Shown here in pieces: positions 30,229 through 32,000 of a DNA stretch of 32,000 nt. Both the position numbers and the translations under genes were made by a program. The notes under the pieces are model-generated. The model did not search any database and was not told where the DNA came from. It saw only the letters and a list, made by a program, of their open reading frames with translations. Position 1 is the first letter of the stretch, and each line of letters begins with the position of its first letter. The DNA comes from Candidatus Methanophagaceae archaeon (GTDB lineage: Archaea > Halobacteriota > Syntropharchaeia > Alkanophagales > Methanospirareceae), in NCBI GenBank assembly GCA_003194425.1, contig PQXB01000001.1, positions 130,444-162,443 of the forward strand. Reading direction: 5' to 3'.

Positions 30229-30309
30229 TTTCTCTTCCTCCTTTTCTTTCCTTGTCTCTCCTCTCCTTGTCTTTCTCCTTCCTTTCCTCGTCCTTCCCTT
30301 CTCCTACTC

Positions 30310-30498
30310 CTACATAATTCCAAGCCCGGCGAGAAGCAGACTCACGAAAATACCGATTGCCAGCCCTTTCACGAACCCGACCCAGAGACCTGCTGCGAAC
30401 CGCGAGTCCCTACCGATCAGTGTTATGTTTTTTCTTAAGTCCTCAATTCTCGCGGTTAGGAGCGCTGTTTCCGGCGTCTGTTGAATTACTTTTGCCAT
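30310..30498 (-). CDS. mtrF: Tetrahydromethanopterin S-methyltransferase subunit F
   Basis: 62 aa. IEDLRKNITLIGRDSRFAAG plus a TM helix. The start abuts the mtrA stop. Confidence 0.8.
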   Translation of the reverse strand: MAKVIQQTPETALLTARIEDLRKNITLIGRDSRFAAGLWVGFVKGLAIGIFVSLLLAGLGIM

Positions 30499-31242
30499 TT
30501 AGACCACCCCCTGTAAGCCCCAGTAAATGAGTGGCAGAAGGAACACGACTGCGATTAGTAGCCCAGTAAAAAGCCCCAACGTAGCGTTCATCGAAATCCC
30601 TGACGATAACTTCTGGTCTCTCGCGATTAACTGTGCCTTGTACTGAATGTCAGTCGCGGCGTGATTTATCACTTCCATATAAGGTGTGGCGGGCATTGCC
30701 AAAGGCATCTCCAAGACTGCACCCAGCGCCTCCTCTTCGCCCACCTTCACAATCATCGGGTCTTCAGGAAAAGCACCAGGGTCCCTCGCTTTCAGCTCGT
30801 TCACCTTCGCATTTATCGCACCGTAGTCCTCCACCCCGATCATATCGATTACTTCTACTTGGTTTCTGAACCGCTCGACCGCAGCGTCAGGTAGGTTCTC
30901 AATGAACGGAATCGCACCTGTTGTGTCAATTATTTTACGGTTAGACGGGTCAATGCCGTTCTTCCAGAGTGCGAGCATCGAACCGCCGCTAATGTGCCCC
31001 GGAACCTCCGCTCCTGCGATGATGAGGAATCTGATGTTCGGATTTGAAATGATGTTTGTAATCATCTTCTCTAACCCGATGTTCTCTGTCTTGTCAGGTC
31101 CCTGAATCGCAATTCCTTGCAGGTTCTCGATGTGGAAGTACGAGCCTGTCGAGGAAATCGCGACGCAACTCTTCGGGTCGCCGACCTCGTAGTCACCTGT
31201 AACGAGCGGCCAACCATCTGGAACTTCTTTCTTCTCTACCAT
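30499..31242 (-). CDS. mtrA: Tetrahydromethanopterin S-methyltransferase subunit A (corrinoid-binding)
   Basis: 247 aa. WPLVTGDYEVGDP, IRFLIIAGAEVPGHISG and a C-terminal TM anchor. Confidence 0.95.
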   Translation of the reverse strand: MVEKKEVPDGWPLVTGDYEVGDPKSCVAISSTGSYFHIENLQGIAIQGPDKTENIGLEKMITNIISNPNIRFLIIAGAEVPGHISGGSMLALWKNGIDPSNRKIIDTTGAIPFIENLPDAAVERFRNQVEVIDMIGVEDYGAINAKVNELKARDPGAFPEDPMIVKVGEEEALGAVLEMPLAMPATPYMEVINHAATDIQYKAQLIARDQKLSSGISMNATLGLFTGLLIAVVFLLPLIYWGLQGVV

Positions 31243-31245
31243 TTT

Positions 31246-31563
31246 TTATGCTCCTCCCACTTTCAGCCCTATTCCCAACTTGAACAACGCAAGCGTCACC
31301 GCCAGCACGCCAAAAATCACGCCGAAGACGAGCATCGTCACGAAGCCTGCGGTGTTCAACGCTCCTTCTCTGCGTGGCTGCGACATTACAAACCCGCTTG
31401 TAGGGTCAAGGCAGTTGAAGAGGTCGTCTACTGAAGTTTCCAATGCTGTTATCTGCTCCTCTATCGGTGCGAGGTTTACCTTGTAAAATCCTGGTCTTGC
31501 CACACCCACGGTAAGCGAGTCAGGATCCAGAACCACACCAAATTTCTCATTTATTACCAACAT
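31246..31563 (-). CDS. mtrB: Tetrahydromethanopterin S-methyltransferase subunit B
   Basis: 105 aa. Supported by its position between mtrC and mtrA, IEEQITALETSVDDL and a C-terminal TM helix. Confidence 0.85.
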   Translation of the reverse strand: MLVINEKFGVVLDPDSLTVGVARPGFYKVNLAPIEEQITALETSVDDLFNCLDPTSGFVMSQPRREGALNTAGFVTMLVFGVIFGVLAVTLALFKLGIGLKVGGA

Positions 31564-31678
31564 TTTCCTTCTTCTCTCTCCCTCCTCTCTTCTCCTTTTT
31601 CCCTCCTCTTCTCTACTCCTTCATCCTCTCTTCTCATCTTCAATTTCATTTCTTCCCTCCCCTTTTCTCTCCTGTCTC

Positions 31679-32000
31679 CTACTCGATCGTCTTGATCATC
31701 CCTGTACCTACTGTCGAGTACGCTTCCTCAAAGCACATTCTCACGAACTTCACGAAGCAGACCAACCACACGACCGCGCCGAAAATCACTAAAAGCACTC
31801 CGTCTACTACTCCACTAACGCCCCAGGTCGTAGTCGCGACCGCTGCCACCACAATTCCGAGAATTACGCAGAGCAGCCCTGAAACCTCAACCGAGACAAT
31901 CATCGTTCGCGGTCTTCGCTCGTCAGGACCGAGGCAGGCGTTGTACGGGTGAAACATTGCCATACAAGAGAGAATGAACATCACTGCGATGAGCCCGTTG
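31679..32000 (-). CDS. mtrC: Tetrahydromethanopterin S-methyltransferase subunit C (3' part; 5' end outside window)
   Basis: The frame stays open to the window edge. The sequence is polytopic and hydrophobic. Its position upstream of mtrB matches the canonical mtrEDCBAFGH order. Confidence 0.75.
   Translation of the reverse strand, partial: NGLIAVMFILSCMAMFHPYNACLGPDERRPRTMIVSVEVSGLLCVILGIVVAAVATTTWGVSGVVDGVLLVIFGAVVWLVCFVKFVRMCFEEAYSTVGTGMIKTIE

Overview
Archaeal chromosomal segment with about 38 protein-coding genes. By eye I found no rRNA, tRNA or CRISPR array. All calls come from reading the ORF translations against remembered family motifs; no database search was run.

Lineage. The window encodes the 3' two thirds of the mtrEDCBAFGH operon (methyl-H4MPT:CoM methyltransferase; mtrC partial, then B, A, F, G, H on the minus strand) and an isolated cdhE (acetyl-CoA decarbonylase/synthase gamma subunit). 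This points to a methanogen or a related methane/alkane-metabolising archaeon. Strong purine loading of coding strands and K/E/R-rich proteins suggest a thermophile (inference).

Core genes:
- Cofactor, tRNA and lipid genes: elp3, a small 2x[4Fe-4S] ferredoxin, nadC, archaeal coaD, mobA, type-2 IPP isomerase, a MiaB/MtaB-like methylthiotransferase.
- Amino-acid metabolism: an Lrp/AsnC regulator followed by a class-I aminotransferase and argD, plus an orphan trpC.
- Others: M24 peptidase, a tightly coupled GH130-GT4 pair, an AN1-zinc-finger rhomboid protease, an orphan BtuD/FepC-like ABC ATPase.

Accessory-looking content:
- An EpsI-like membrane protein sits next to a secreted protein with a PEP/PEF-CTERM-like sorting tail. 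No archaeosortase gene is in the window.
- A membrane-anchored chimeric thioredoxin-fold protein.
- A small toxin-antitoxin islet. Its hicB-hicA cassette is bracketed by 94-bp near-identical direct repeats that duplicate the 3' end and terminator of the upstream gene. A BrnT-like toxin/antitoxin pair follows.

Most striking window-wide signals:
- Codon-phased tandem repeats (period 9-30 nt, 2-7 copies) are inserted in frame into roughly one third of the otherwise conserved genes.
- Near-pure homopurine spacers of 80-115 nt lie on the mRNA strand between mtr genes and upstream of several other genes.
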